From NCBI GenBank assembly GCA_040954595.2, contig CM082578.2:1656831-1720830 (forward strand): DNA of 64,000 nt, written 5' to 3'. Numbering within the stretch: position 1 is the first letter of the stretch; every line of letters starts with the position of its first letter. Origin of the DNA: Balanoglossus misakiensis. Its lineage: Eukaryota > Animalia > Hemichordata. Of this stretch, positions 1-11,177 are shown piece after piece. Position numbers and translations under genes: made by a program. The notes under the pieces were generated by a model. That model saw only the letters and a list, made by a program, of their open reading frames with translations, searched no databases and was not told where the DNA came from.

Positions 1-2036
1 CAAGCTGCATTTGTTTCAGAGTTTAGAGTCATGTCATCATCTGAGGTATCGAATACATCCTCAAAGAAGAATGTAGCTGTACTAAAAAATGGTCTTGGTT
101 TCATGAAGAGAAGAACTCAAACAGCTCCAGCAGTGGTCAGGTATGCAAGGTTTTCACCTGTCAAACAGCCAGAGAAATATTATCAAAGTATTCTGCAGTT
201 GTTCTTGCCTTTTCGCATTGATACCCAATTGAAACCTGACAAGTTTGACTCATTTGAAGATTTTTATAACACTGGTGGAGTCAAGTTTGGTGCAGAAGGT
301 GTAGTAACTGTGAAAGAAATAGTGCAAAGAAATAGAGCTGTATTTGAGAAAGAAGCTGATGTGCTGGATTCAGCCGAGGAAATACTTCGAACAAGTGATA
401 ATTTGGAAGATGCATGGGCACAAATTCATCCTTCAACTGAAATGGATAGATTGGAGAGTGAACAAGAAAGGAAAGATGATCCTATGGAAAATGAAAATGA
501 AAGTGATGAATCTATGCCAGATTTGCTGAAAAAAGACAAGAAAATGTCTGCTGGTGCAGTCCATCACCATTGTGGAATGTCAAGAAGTGAAGCTGTGGTA
601 TTGATGAGATCTTTAAACAAGAGACAGCGAGAAATATTTTACTGGGTAAGACAATGGTGTCTGAAGAAGGTTACTGGAAATATTGTGGGTTCTTTTCACA
701 TATTTGTAACTGGTGGTGCAGGTACAGGGAAATCTCATTTAATCAAAGCTGTGTACTATGAAGCATCAAGAATTCTGGCACGTATTGTACTAAATCCACA
801 TGATGTCTGTGTTCTTCTCACTGCACCGACAGGTGTAGCTGCATTTAATATAGGTGCAACTACTATACATAGTACCTTCTCAATACCTATCGATGCCAAA
901 CTGCCATACCAACCACTTGGACAAGAGAAAATTAATACATTGAGAGCAAAGCTTGGTAATCTGCAAATTCTCATTATTGATGAGATATCAATGGTTGATA
1001 AGAAACTACTGAGTTATGTTCATGGGAGATTGAGGCAAATCAAACAAACTGGTGATCAGTGCCCATTTGGTGGTGTATCAGTAATTGCTGTTGGTGATTT
1101 CTACCAATTATCTCCAGTAAAAGGAAAGGCATTGTACATGGACAATGAGGGTGTTGATCTGTGGAATGACTACTTTGTCATTGCTGAACTTACTGACATT
1201 GTGAGACAGCAAGACCCAGAATTTGCCAGAGCTTTAAATGTTATCCGTAAGAGAGAGAAATCAGAAGACTTGGATGCTGGCATAATTGACATGCTACATA
1301 AGTGTGAAACTGGTGAGGAGAGTACTGGAATTCACATTTTTGCACGAAACAAAGATGTTAACGAATGTAATATCACAAAACTTCACTCTATTTGTTCAGA
1401 TGTACCAATAATGTCCATCGATGCACAGGATTTCCGCAGAGATCCAAAAACAAAGAAACTAATCAAAATAAATGGCCACCACAGTAAACTGTACAATACA
1501 AATTTGCCAAAAAGTGTGACATTGGCTGTAGGTGCTCGTGTCATGTTAACAAGTAACATTGATGTGGCTGATGGCCTAGTAAATGGTGTTTTTGGCACTG
1601 TTTCTTATATATATGTGAAGCCCGGTGAGACTTTCCCATCTACTGTATATGTTCGTTTTGACAATGACCAAATTGGTACAAAACTTCGCAGTCACACAGA
1701 GACATTGACATCAATACCCGAAAGAAGTACACCAATCAAGTGTGAGGAAGATAGAGTGAATAATTGTGGCAGTATTAGACGACAATTTCCATTGAAACTT
1801 GCTTGGGCAAGCACGGTGCATAAGGTACAAGGTTTAACTGTAGAGGAAACTGTAGTATCATTGCACAAAATATTTCAGCCCGGACAAGCTTATGTGGCGT
1901 TAAGTCGAGTAAAATCTCTAAGTGGGCTTAGTATAAAAGATTTCGACGAATCTGCTATATACTGCAATAGCAAAATCAGTGGTGTGTTATCATGCATGCC
2001 AAAGTTACAGATGTCACCTGGAGGAACTGAGAATGT
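1..2036 (+). CDS. Helentron/Helitron Rep-helicase, PIF1-like SF1 helicase portion (5' partial, interrupted at 2037 by LTR element)
   Basis: Frame is open from base 1. Walker A TGGAGTGKS, TAPTGVAAFNI, Walker B IIDEISMV, GDFYQLSPV, RRQFPLKLAWASTVHKVQG and AYVALSRV are PIF1/Helitron helicase motifs. Confidence 0.93.
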
Positions 2037-2384
2037 TATCGTAAAGTTTGGGAAAAGGAAATATCTTTGATGATTTACATGTTGTTTTCTCGTGTTTGTA
2101 GTGCTTGAGCTTGATGCAAAAACCGGATTTGGTTGAGTTTTAATTTATGCATTACCGGTGAAACTGACGTCAAATGTAGCAAAATCCTACGGTTTGAGCC
2201 AATCGGTGCTCATGGGTTTCCCGCGTCCGATGGACTATTTTGGGAGCTGACATTCTGGAATTTTCTAGTTCAGTGTTGTTTTGGAAAACTGCGAGTCGCA
2301 CGCATCGCAGTACTGTTCTGTACCTGTTCGTGGTTTCACGGAAGTCCGATATAAAGAGCTTTGCTCAATAAATTCACCCCCACA
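2037..2384 (+). repeat. 5' LTR (348 bp, TA...CA)
   Basis: Direct repeat of 8265-8612 with no differences seen by eye. TATAAA and AATAAA lie near the 3' end. Confidence 0.95.
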
Positions 2385-2390
2385 TTATTT

Positions 2391-2408
2391 TGGTGCCGAG
2401 ACCAGGAT
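2391..2408 (+). promoter_or_regulatory. Primer binding site, tRNA-His-like
   Basis: TGGTGCCGAGACCAGGAT 6 nt after the LTR. It resembles the complement of an invertebrate tRNA-His 3' end (recalled, not aligned). Confidence 0.75.
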
Positions 2409-2421
2409 ATCGGATTCCGTG

Positions 2422-5400
2422 ATGTCTATCAACGCCGAACAACCAGCGGTTCAAGACCCTCTTCCCGATCTCAAGAAACGAAGAACAGTGTGCCGATCGC
2501 AACTTACGAAGGCTTTCAACAAAGCAGAAGGAGAAATCGCGCAATACAACGATTCAAACGATGAGGCCGACAAGTCACAAGTCTACGCTACAATCAAAGC
2601 AACCTACGCTCTCGTCCTGACGAGATATTCGCGACTCGCAGCCATCGACGAACAGATTTTCAACAACACTCCAGATCCCGAAACCGATAGAGATGTCGAA
2701 GAAACTGGCGACTACGAAGTTACAATTTCAGAGAGAAAAGAACTCATCGGACAGTTTATCGAAACTCATCAACATGATTTCACTACAATTCGAAATGCAG
2801 CTGTTTCTACGGCCGAATCTACGCGGCCAGTCGTCGCCCAACGAAAAACGGTTCAACTACCCAAACTCGAGCTCCAAACTTTCGCAGGGAACACACTGAA
2901 ATGGGTAAGCTTCATGGATACTTTCAACGCATCTGTTCATCAGGACAGTTCACTTTCTAACGTTCAAAAGTTCACGTACCTACGAAGTCTCGTAACGGAC
3001 GAGGCAGCACGCTCCATTGAAGGACTCGAACTTACCGAGGCAAATTATGCCAACGCTATAGCAATTTTGAAGGAAAGATACGGTCAAACGCAAACGATCA
3101 TCAGCGCTCACATGAAAGCTCTGTGGGAACTGCCCACCCCGACTGCTGATGTAACAAGTCTACGTCAATTCTACGATACACTCGAATCCCACGTACGCGG
3201 TCTAGACGCTCTGGGAGAGAAAGAAACTTCATATGGGAAACTACTGATACCCATGATACTGGAAAAACTACCCACAGAGGTACAACAAATACTGGCTCGT
3301 TCTCGCGGAGAAGTTCCCTGGGACTTGCCCGATCTCCGCAAAGCCGTCCTATGTGAAATAAGGGCCAGATCTGTAGGCAACGACAGTGATGTCCATCGCC
3401 ACCCGGCAACCATAGCCACCTTTCATTCCAATTCTACGACTCGAGGGCAGAGATTTTCTCGGTCACCAAATCAGCAACGTCCCTGCGTCTACTGCAAGGG
3501 AACTCATTCACCAAACGATTGCACAGTTGTATCTGATGCTAAATCACGTATGGAGATCGTACGCCGAGACAAACTTTGCTATAACTGTCTGGGAAAACAT
3601 GTAGTCGGAAAATGCATTTCCAAATACTCGTGCAGACACTGTCAACGCAAACATCATACTTCGCTACATCAAACTGACTTTGTTCGCAACAATAGAGCCG
3701 GAAACCAAACCGAGTCCCGCAGTGAAAATGGCCGTCAAACTGAACGAAACAAGGGACACAAAGTGAACAATTCTGCAAATGACAGGGAACGACGTTCATC
3801 AATGTCAGAAAATACACAGGTGCATTTCTCATCCGGGAGTAGTGCACTGACCGGTCCGGTACTATTGAAAACTGCTAAAATCCCAGTCTCCGCAAACAAC
3901 GGAACTGTCGTCACCGCGACTGTACTTTTCGATGAAGGGGCGAACCGTACATTCGTAACAGAAAGTTTCGCCGATCGCGTTCGCGCCAATATTTCACGCT
4001 CAGAATCGCTCAATCTCGCCGCCTTCGGAAATAAACACACACGCATGCGTTCCATGAAGAAAGGGACCTTCGACCTCCACACCATAGCTGGTAACAAATT
4101 ACCAATTGACGCGCTTCTGATTCCCGAAATTTCCGCGGGCCTCAAAAATCATGTTGATCCGTATCTGCTAACATTACCGTACTTACAGGGCCTCCGTTTG
4201 GCCCACCCTGTCTCGAACGACAGGTGCTATGATATTGATATTCTCATAGGCGCGGATTATTACTGGAGTTTTGTAGGAAACGAAATTATCCGCGGTCAAG
4301 GTCCTACCGCCGTTAGTTCGCCATTCGGCTACTTACTCTCCGGCCCAAAACTGAAAGGGAAATCTACTGCTGCCGCAAACGTATTTCATGTCATTACGGA
4401 CACTTTGAATGACAACGCGATAACTTCATATTGGGACTTAGAGTCCATCGGCATAAAAGACAACGTAGCGCGAACCGACACCGAGCTCACCAAAGAAGCC
4501 GAATTCGAAGCATATAGAGATACGCATCTTCGTCGCGAGGACAATCACTTCGTCGCCAAGTTACCATGGAAACCGGACCATGATCCGCTACCTACTAACT
4601 TTCGTGTTGCTAGTAATAGAACACGCGCAATGATACGCAGACTTCCTTCGGACATTCTAACTATATACGATAAAGTCATCGCCGAGCAAGAAAAACAGGG
4701 TTTCATTGAACGCGTCGAAAACGACAACCCTGAAGGTGGTCACTACCTGCCGCATAGACACGTCAAAAAAGACTCCGCGACCACACCCATCCGTATCGTC
4801 TACGATTGTAGTTGCAAAGGCGACAACACGTCTCCAAGCCTGAACGATTGTTTGTTAACAGGGCCACCGTTATTGAACGATTTAACGTCCATTCTACTGC
4901 GCTTCAGAGCAAATCCGATCGCAATCGCTAGCGATATCGAGAAGGCATTCCTTCAAATACGACTTGAACCACACGACAGAAAGTTCACAAAGTTCTTGTG
5001 GCTTTCAAACGCGAGTGACACCGAAAGTGAATTCGTCACATATCAGTTCAAATCGGTTTTATTCGGAGCGGTTTGTAGCCCATTCATACTCAACGCCGTT
5101 GTAAAGACGCAACTAGAAGCTAATCCGGAAATTCCCGCCGCCTCGGACTTGAAGCGAGATATTTACGTTGATGATGTAATCAGTGGATGCGCTTCTGAAA
5201 CTGAAGCCAAAACATACTACGCGGAATCCAACAAACTCATGGATTCTTGTGGTTTCAACTTGCGTTCGTGGTCATCGAACAATGACTCTGTGCGTACACT
5301 TGCTGAGAATGACAACAAACTAAATCCGTCACCGCGTGTAAATACTCTCGGAATGCAATGGAACACAGAAAATGATACGCTCACGTACAAAGATATCGCT

Positions 5401-8076
5401 GGTAAATCCCCAAACGTGCTACCCACTAAACGCGACGTGGTCAGTCACACAGCGTCACTGTATGACCCGCTGGGTCTACTTACACCCGTGCATGTCAAAG
5501 CAAAACTACTCATCCAAGAAATATGGAAAGCCGATGTACATTGGGATGAGCCCCTCGAGGAAACCATATCAAACGCATGGTGTACAATCGCTGATAATTT
5601 GAATCAAAGCGCCAATACTACATTGAACCGGCAATATTTTCCTGAGACTGCCAAGCCAGTCAACACCGACTGCGAACTACACGTTTTCGCTGACGCTTCA
5701 ATGAAAGCATACGGTGCTGTTGTTTACCTAAAGAAAGATAACGAAACCGCACTTGTCATGGCCAAAAACCGCGTGGCTCCAATCAACAACAAGACACTGA
5801 CTTTGCCCAGATTGGAGCTGATGGCCGCTGTTATCGCCACTCGACTGAGTAAATTCGTGTGCGACGCGCTGTCTTCAAAATACAACTTCACAAAACGCGT
5901 TCTTTGGTCAGATTCGCAGATCGTACTACATTGGATAAATAGCGATAAAAAGCTGCCTATCTTCACTGCAAACAGAGTGAAGGAAATAAAAGATTTCCCA
6001 CACGACTACAAATACTGTCCAACCGCCTACAATCCCGCTGATCTTCTTACACGCGGAATTTCTGCTGAAGAGCTGAACAAGTCTGAACTCTGGTGGAAAG
6101 GACCAGAGTGGTTGCCAACGAAAGATAGTTGGCCTATCTGCCATCTGTTTGACTCCCCATTGTTCGAGGAACAAACTGATACAATCGCGAACTTTGGCGA
6201 GGTCACGACTGAGGAAAACGATACTTCAGTCCACCACCTAGTTGGTCTACCCTCCGAAGGGGTACGTTCTGTATTGCCTGCTGTCAACGATGACTACGCC
6301 GTTCATCGCGACTTGCCGCACAATGAACCGTACACACGCGAGTCTCCACAAATAAACTCGCCGTCAGAAATTGTCGCACCGAGCGAGATTCCCGTTGGAA
6401 TTCAACATGCTATTGACGCATCGAACTACAGTCCTCTAAACAAACTCCTTCGAATTACTGCATATGTTCGCCGCTTTGTGTCTATACTGAAACACAGAAG
6501 CGATGTACCGCGCGGACCGATCACAGCTGACGAGATCAATGAATCAGAAATCATATGGATCAAAGAAATCCAGAGCGACACATACCGCGATACCATAAAT
6601 TCGCTACGTGGTCAAAACAAGAAATACGGTCCGTTAGTAAGACAGCTGAAACTTTTCATCGATGATGACGAAATTCTACGCTGCGGGGGACGCATACATA
6701 ACGCACCAGTAAATTTCGCTACCAAGTTCCCCATCCTACTGCCCAATGGTCATCATTTCACCGATTTGATCATTCAACATGATCATATCCGACTCAAACA
6801 CGGTGGAACTCAATCCGTCATCACGTCACTACGACAACGCTACTGGATACCGCAGATTCGACGCGCAGTGAAGTCTATCGCGCGCAAATGTGTAATTTGT
6901 CGACGGGTTGATGGCAAACCGTATCAAAAGCCATTAACTGCACCATTACCGGACTATCGTGTAAACATGGTGCCACCGTTCACGGTAACGGGAGTTGATT
7001 TCACAGGAGCCTTATTCGTCAAAACAACAGACAAGAAAGAAATGAAATGTTACGTGTGCTTGTTTACATGCGCAGTAACACGTGCAGTCCATCTTGAACT
7101 TGTGCCAGACCTGAGCACTCACTCCTTTATGATGGCATTTCGACGTTTCGCAGCACGGCGATCTCTACCTACGAAAATGTTATCGGACAATGCTTCAACA
7201 TATCTTTCTGCTGCTGACGAACTCCGTGATTTACTCGAGTCAGCTGAAGTCAAGAAAGAACTTTCTGAACATCGCGTCACTTGGACCTTCATACCAAAAC
7301 GCGCACCCTGGTATGGTGGGTTTTGGGAACGTTTAATTGGCCTGACGAAGACCGCGATCAAAAAAGTACTAGGTCGCTCGTTTATCACGTTCGAAGAACT
7401 ACGCACACTTCTCGCGGAGATTGAAGCGACACTCAATGATCGACCTTTGACCTATGTGTCTACAACTGAGGATGACCCGGTTGCCTTGACTCCGTCACAT
7501 CTACTGAACGGTCGACCATTAACGCCTCTACCGAACTTACCTGTGGACCTTGATGAATACAATGATCCATCATATGGAAACCACAACATACTCAATGAGC
7601 GACACCGTCATTTGTGTCATCTTCTGTCTGATTTCTGGAGGAGATGGTCTACCGAATACCTCACCGCCCTCAGAGAGCGACATCAACTGACTGCCACTGG
7701 TACAAAAACCAATTCTATTCAGGTTGGTGACATAGTACTTGTACACAGTGATGTGGACAAACGAATGAAATGGAGAATGGCCAAAGTTCTCAAACTTTAT
7801 TACGGGAACGATGGTCTGGTAAGATCTGCAGAAATCAAGACATCATCGGGTAAAACCAATCGACCAATCCAGAAACTTTACCCGCTGGAGGTGCAGTCAC
7901 CCAACTGTGTGGAAACTACGGACGATCGTCCTGAACACGACGTTCCTGCGTTCACTCAAGGAGGAGTGGATCGCGAAGACACAACGCAACCAGACGACCA
8001 TCGAAGTGTTCGTCCAAAACGGAAAACAGCCATCGCTGCCCGACAACTGATCCAGAGTTGTATCAAGGACTTGTGA
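2422..8076 (+). CDS. Bel/Pao gag-pol polyprotein (DUF1759 gag, Cys/His knuckles, aspartic protease, RT, RNase H, integrase, DUF5641)
   Basis: LPKLELQTFAG; CVYC/CYNC/CRHC knuckles; LFDEGANRTFV; DIEKAFLQI and YVDD; FADAS; HGG..CVIC; GVDFTG, SDNAS, WERL; GDIVLV. The first ATG after the PBS is at 2422. Confidence 0.95.
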   Translation: MSINAEQPAVQDPLPDLKKRRTVCRSQLTKAFNKAEGEIAQYNDSNDEADKSQVYATIKATYALVLTRYSRLAAIDEQIFNNTPDPETDRDVEETGDYEVTISERKELIGQFIETHQHDFTTIRNAAVSTAESTRPVVAQRKTVQLPKLELQTFAGNTLKWVSFMDTFNASVHQDSSLSNVQKFTYLRSLVTDEAARSIEGLELTEANYANAIAILKERYGQTQTIISAHMKALWELPTPTADVTSLRQFYDTLESHVRGLDALGEKETSYGKLLIPMILEKLPTEVQQILARSRGEVPWDLPDLRKAVLCEIRARSVGNDSDVHRHPATIATFHSNSTTRGQRFSRSPNQQRPCVYCKGTHSPNDCTVVSDAKSRMEIVRRDKLCYNCLGKHVVGKCISKYSCRHCQRKHHTSLHQTDFVRNNRAGNQTESRSENGRQTERNKGHKVNNSANDRERRSSMSENTQVHFSSGSSALTGPVLLKTAKIPVSANNGTVVTATVLFDEGANRTFVTESFADRVRANISRSESLNLAAFGNKHTRMRSMKKGTFDLHTIAGNKLPIDALLIPEISAGLKNHVDPYLLTLPYLQGLRLAHPVSNDRCYDIDILIGADYYWSFVGNEIIRGQGPTAVSSPFGYLLSGPKLKGKSTAAANVFHVITDTLNDNAITSYWDLESIGIKDNVARTDTELTKEAEFEAYRDTHLRREDNHFVAKLPWKPDHDPLPTNFRVASNRTRAMIRRLPSDILTIYDKVIAEQEKQGFIERVENDNPEGGHYLPHRHVKKDSATTPIRIVYDCSCKGDNTSPSLNDCLLTGPPLLNDLTSILLRFRANPIAIASDIEKAFLQIRLEPHDRKFTKFLWLSNASDTESEFVTYQFKSVLFGAVCSPFILNAVVKTQLEANPEIPAASDLKRDIYVDDVISGCASETEAKTYYAESNKLMDSCGFNLRSWSSNNDSVRTLAENDNKLNPSPRVNTLGMQWNTENDTLTYKDIAGKSPNVLPTKRDVVSHTASLYDPLGLLTPVHVKAKLLIQEIWKADVHWDEPLEETISNAWCTIADNLNQSANTTLNRQYFPETAKPVNTDCELHVFADASMKAYGAVVYLKKDNETALVMAKNRVAPINNKTLTLPRLELMAAVIATRLSKFVCDALSSKYNFTKRVLWSDSQIVLHWINSDKKLPIFTANRVKEIKDFPHDYKYCPTAYNPADLLTRGISAEELNKSELWWKGPEWLPTKDSWPICHLFDSPLFEEQTDTIANFGEVTTEENDTSVHHLVGLPSEGVRSVLPAVNDDYAVHRDLPHNEPYTRESPQINSPSEIVAPSEIPVGIQHAIDASNYSPLNKLLRITAYVRRFVSILKHRSDVPRGPITADEINESEIIWIKEIQSDTYRDTINSLRGQNKKYGPLVRQLKLFIDDDEILRCGGRIHNAPVNFATKFPILLPNGHHFTDLIIQHDHIRLKHGGTQSVITSLRQRYWIPQIRRAVKSIARKCVICRRVDGKPYQKPLTAPLPDYRVNMVPPFTVTGVDFTGALFVKTTDKKEMKCYVCLFTCAVTRAVHLELVPDLSTHSFMMAFRRFAARRSLPTKMLSDNASTYLSAADELRDLLESAEVKKELSEHRVTWTFIPKRAPWYGGFWERLIGLTKTAIKKVLGRSFITFEELRTLLAEIEATLNDRPLTYVSTTEDDPVALTPSHLLNGRPLTPLPNLPVDLDEYNDPSYGNHNILNERHRHLCHLLSDFWRRWSTEYLTALRERHQLTATGTKTNSIQVGDIVLVHSDVDKRMKWRMAKVLKLYYGNDGLVRSAEIKTSSGKTNRPIQKLYPLEVQSPNCVETTDDRPEHDVPAFTQGGVDREDTTQPDDHRSVRPKRKTAIAARQLIQSCIKDL

Positions 8077-8264
8077 ACAATCTGGACGATTCTATGACAT
8101 TGAACATTAGTGTCAGAACTTTTCGCACATTTTTTTGCTGTGTTTGTTTCAGTGTTAGATTTCGACAACTTTTCCCATCGATATTCATTCGACGATTTCG
8201 TACATTGACTCTTGCCTATTAAAATGACTTTCAGTCGGATTTTCACTTTGGGCCCGCCGGAGAA

Positions 8265-8612
8265 TATCGTAAAGTTTGGGAAAAGGAAATATCTTTGATG
8301 ATTTACATGTTGTTTTCTCGTGTTTGTAGTGCTTGAGCTTGATGCAAAAACCGGATTTGGTTGAGTTTTAATTTATGCATTACCGGTGAAACTGACGTCA
8401 AATGTAGCAAAATCCTACGGTTTGAGCCAATCGGTGCTCATGGGTTTCCCGCGTCCGATGGACTATTTTGGGAGCTGACATTCTGGAATTTTCTAGTTCA
8501 GTGTTGTTTTGGAAAACTGCGAGTCGCACGCATCGCAGTACTGTTCTGTACCTGTTCGTGGTTTCACGGAAGTCCGATATAAAGAGCTTTGCTCAATAAA
8601 TTCACCCCCACA
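8265..8612 (+). repeat. 3' LTR (348 bp, TA...CA)
   Basis: Direct repeat of 2037-2384, preceded by a weak purine tract GGCCCGCCGGAGAA. Confidence 0.95.
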
Positions 8613-9278
8613 AATGTTGAATGTTCATGTACTATTATGTTGCACAATATTCAGGGGTTGTACTCTCATTTCCAGGACCTGCAAGCAGACGACAGATTTA
8701 TGACAGTTGACTTTATATGCTTGACAGAAACGTGGCTAGCAATCACAGATACGCAGACTGATGTACCACTGAGTGGATTTGAATTTCACCACAAGCCAAG
8801 GGGACTGTGCTATGACACTTCTGACCCTGTGACATCAGATTTGAAGCAGCAGGCTCATGGAGGCGTAGGAGTTTATTCAAGTGTGAATCAATGCATTGAG
8901 ATCTTGAATCTGTCAGTTGCAAATTTGGAATTCACTGCATTCTATGTGACAAATCAGAAACTGACTGTAGCCGTTGTATATAGACCTCAATCATATAAAA
9001 GTAGTCTGTTCAGGGAAAACCTTGTGCAGTTGATGATAGAGATGGAGAAAAGACCTGGTGGCAACATTATCATTGGTGACTTCAATGAAAATATATTGGT
9101 CTCTTCACCTGTGCTCAAATTAATGGAGGAAAGGGGATTTAGACAGTGTGTAACAGGATCAACTACAGAAAGCGGAACATTGATTGACCACGTCTATGTA
9201 AAAAATGTACACAATGCAAGTGTTGAAATTGTGCAAACTTATTTCAGTTTTCACAATGCATTGTGCGTGAAAATTTAA
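8613..9278 (+). CDS. C-terminal AP-like (EEP) endonuclease domain of the same Helentron ORF
   Basis: Motifs HNIQGL, CLTETWL, HGGVGVY, VYRP, IIGDFNE, TLIDHVY, FSFHN. Removing the LTR element and one TSD copy joins ...GTENV to ECSCTIMLHN... in frame. Confidence 0.9.
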   Translation, partial: NVECSCTIMLHNIQGLYSHFQDLQADDRFMTVDFICLTETWLAITDTQTDVPLSGFEFHHKPRGLCYDTSDPVTSDLKQQAHGGVGVYSSVNQCIEILNLSVANLEFTAFYVTNQKLTVAVVYRPQSYKSSLFRENLVQLMIEMEKRPGGNIIIGDFNENILVSSPVLKLMEERGFRQCVTGSTTESGTLIDHVYVKNVHNASVEIVQTYFSFHNALCVKI

Positions 9279-9605
9279 ATCAATGTGAAGTTGTGACTTT
9301 AACTGTTCACTACAATAACAGAAGAGGGTGTACATATGTTAAGTATGCCAAATTTATATTGTGTAAAGTTCTTAATGGGTTTGAAATTACAGATGTGAAT
9401 TTTAGAGTCCTACATGTTGTCAATGCCATAAGGGGCCACGGTGGCACATGTAAATCAATGGCATTTCGTCTGAAAGGAGACAATTAGGGGGAAAACAATT
9501 TGTATTGAAAATAAAGGTCAATGTGTTACTTGGAAATAATCTGGCAGCATCTGTAAATGAATCTGTGCTCATAACTGCTATATTCCATATATATATTTTG
9601 CATGC

Positions 9606-9636
9606 ATGTATGTATGTATGTATGTATGTATGTATG

Positions 9637-9667
<31 letters not shown>

Positions 9668-9692
9668 GTATGTATGTATGTATGTATGTATG
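9606..9692. repeat. (TATG)n microsatellite
   Basis: About 21 units read directly. Confidence 0.95.
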
Positions 9693-11133
9693 AACCGTGT
9701 ATGTGTATGTGTGGATATGTACATTAGTGGACCCTTGCTGTAGTGATTGTGCTAGGAGACAAAGTACAAGGATTTTGTGAAAGTGAACACTTGCCTAAGA
9801 ATTTCTTCTGGCTGTGAGAGACGATAATGGAAGAATATATTACCAGGAGACTAAGTGCAGATACATACAACACATTATGAAATGGCATTTTCATCAGTCC
9901 ATGCAAAACTAATGCAACCATGCATAAGGTGAATCTTCCTGGTTGTGATCTTCAGCATTTTAACGACAATGACCATATGGCATCACTGGGCAGATGGCCA
10001 ACGATATTATCAACCAGGAACATTGTGTTCTGCTGTATACCACAATGGAAAGATCAGCAGGATGTCCAGCCTGAAAATATTGATTGAAGAGGAATGGTGT
10101 CATGAATGTAATGTCGCTGAAATTGTACCTAGTGGCAAGCAGCTTCATGTTGGAATTCGTGAAAGAACGCAGACCTGTGAAACTGACCTATTAGACATAT
10201 ATACTTCTGTCATATAGTCTGATCTGACATTTAGACTCTGCAAAAACTGTGTCTACTCTAGCAACACTGGAACTGTGTGCAAACTGGTGCACACTGATTT
10301 AGCTACATGTATTAAGGAATTTCTGGATACCACCATAAGACTGGGAATTGAAACATCAGCTCACTGCAAGTGTTCACAGCAAATTAGAACTTGTTCGGGC
10401 AAGTTCACTGTGTTCAGCTGCACGAATTATGTTCCATTTTAACCCTGTGCATTTGCTGGACTATTGGTATAAAGTGGAATATGTCATTCTTATAAGCCCT
10501 GAATGTTAATATGCTGCTCTCTGCAATACAGTTCTCAAATGTGAATTTGGTAATTTTCAAGCTCTGCCAATGTCACTAAAGATATTGAACTTGTGACAAA
10601 TAGATTACAGTATTAAGAGTACTGTACATGCCCTGAATGTTGAACTGTACCTACTGGTGCATAGTAAATCAATTAGTTTACTTAATACAGAAACAGCAGT
10701 ATGTAGACACCAAATTGCAAAATGTCACCTTTTGCAGCATACCAACGTCTGCGAATCAATTGTAGACAAGTGTACAAGTTATGGAGTGTTCATCAGAAAC
10801 GCAGATGTTATTGTGGTAGTTGACGATTAAATGTTGTCACAGGACACTGTTTATGTGCGTTATATTATTGTTCATTATAGCAAGGGTCCACTGTATGTTC
10901 AGCGTGTATGTTTGTCCACCCACATCAGGAACAGTATATTTTTAGTGTATAGATGCTGGCAGGGCTATAAATAAATGTTGTTGAACTGTGTACAAACACC
11001 AAATTCCTGCATGTGTACATGCATAGCTGGCTAATTGTTAAAGACAGCAGCTGTTTCATTTGGTGTATCTATAGTACACATGCCATTGGCAACTGTATGG
11101 GTCAGTCACTGTTTGCTAATTGTTGATCTCTTG

Positions 11134-11134
<1 letters not shown>

Positions 11135-11175
<41 letters not shown>
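11135..11175. repeat. (TG)n microsatellite
   Basis: Read directly. Confidence 0.95.

Positions 11176-11177
<2 letters not shown>

Larger units (their letters stand above)
2037..8612 (+). mobile_element. Full-length Bel/Pao LTR retrotransposon
   Basis: LTRs at 2037-2384 and 8265-8612, TSD AATGT (2032-2036 and 8613-8617), PBS after the 5' LTR, single intact gag-pol ORF. Confidence 0.97.

Noticed and set aside
2034-2036. TG at 2034 as a canonical LTR start
   Set aside because: The 3' LTR lacks these bases, and they belong to the AATGT TSD.
2281-2421. N-terminal extension of the gag-pol ORF in the track, and LTR ORFs 2133-2354 / 8361-8582
   Set aside because: They start at TTG codons inside the LTR; the likely start is the ATG at 2422.
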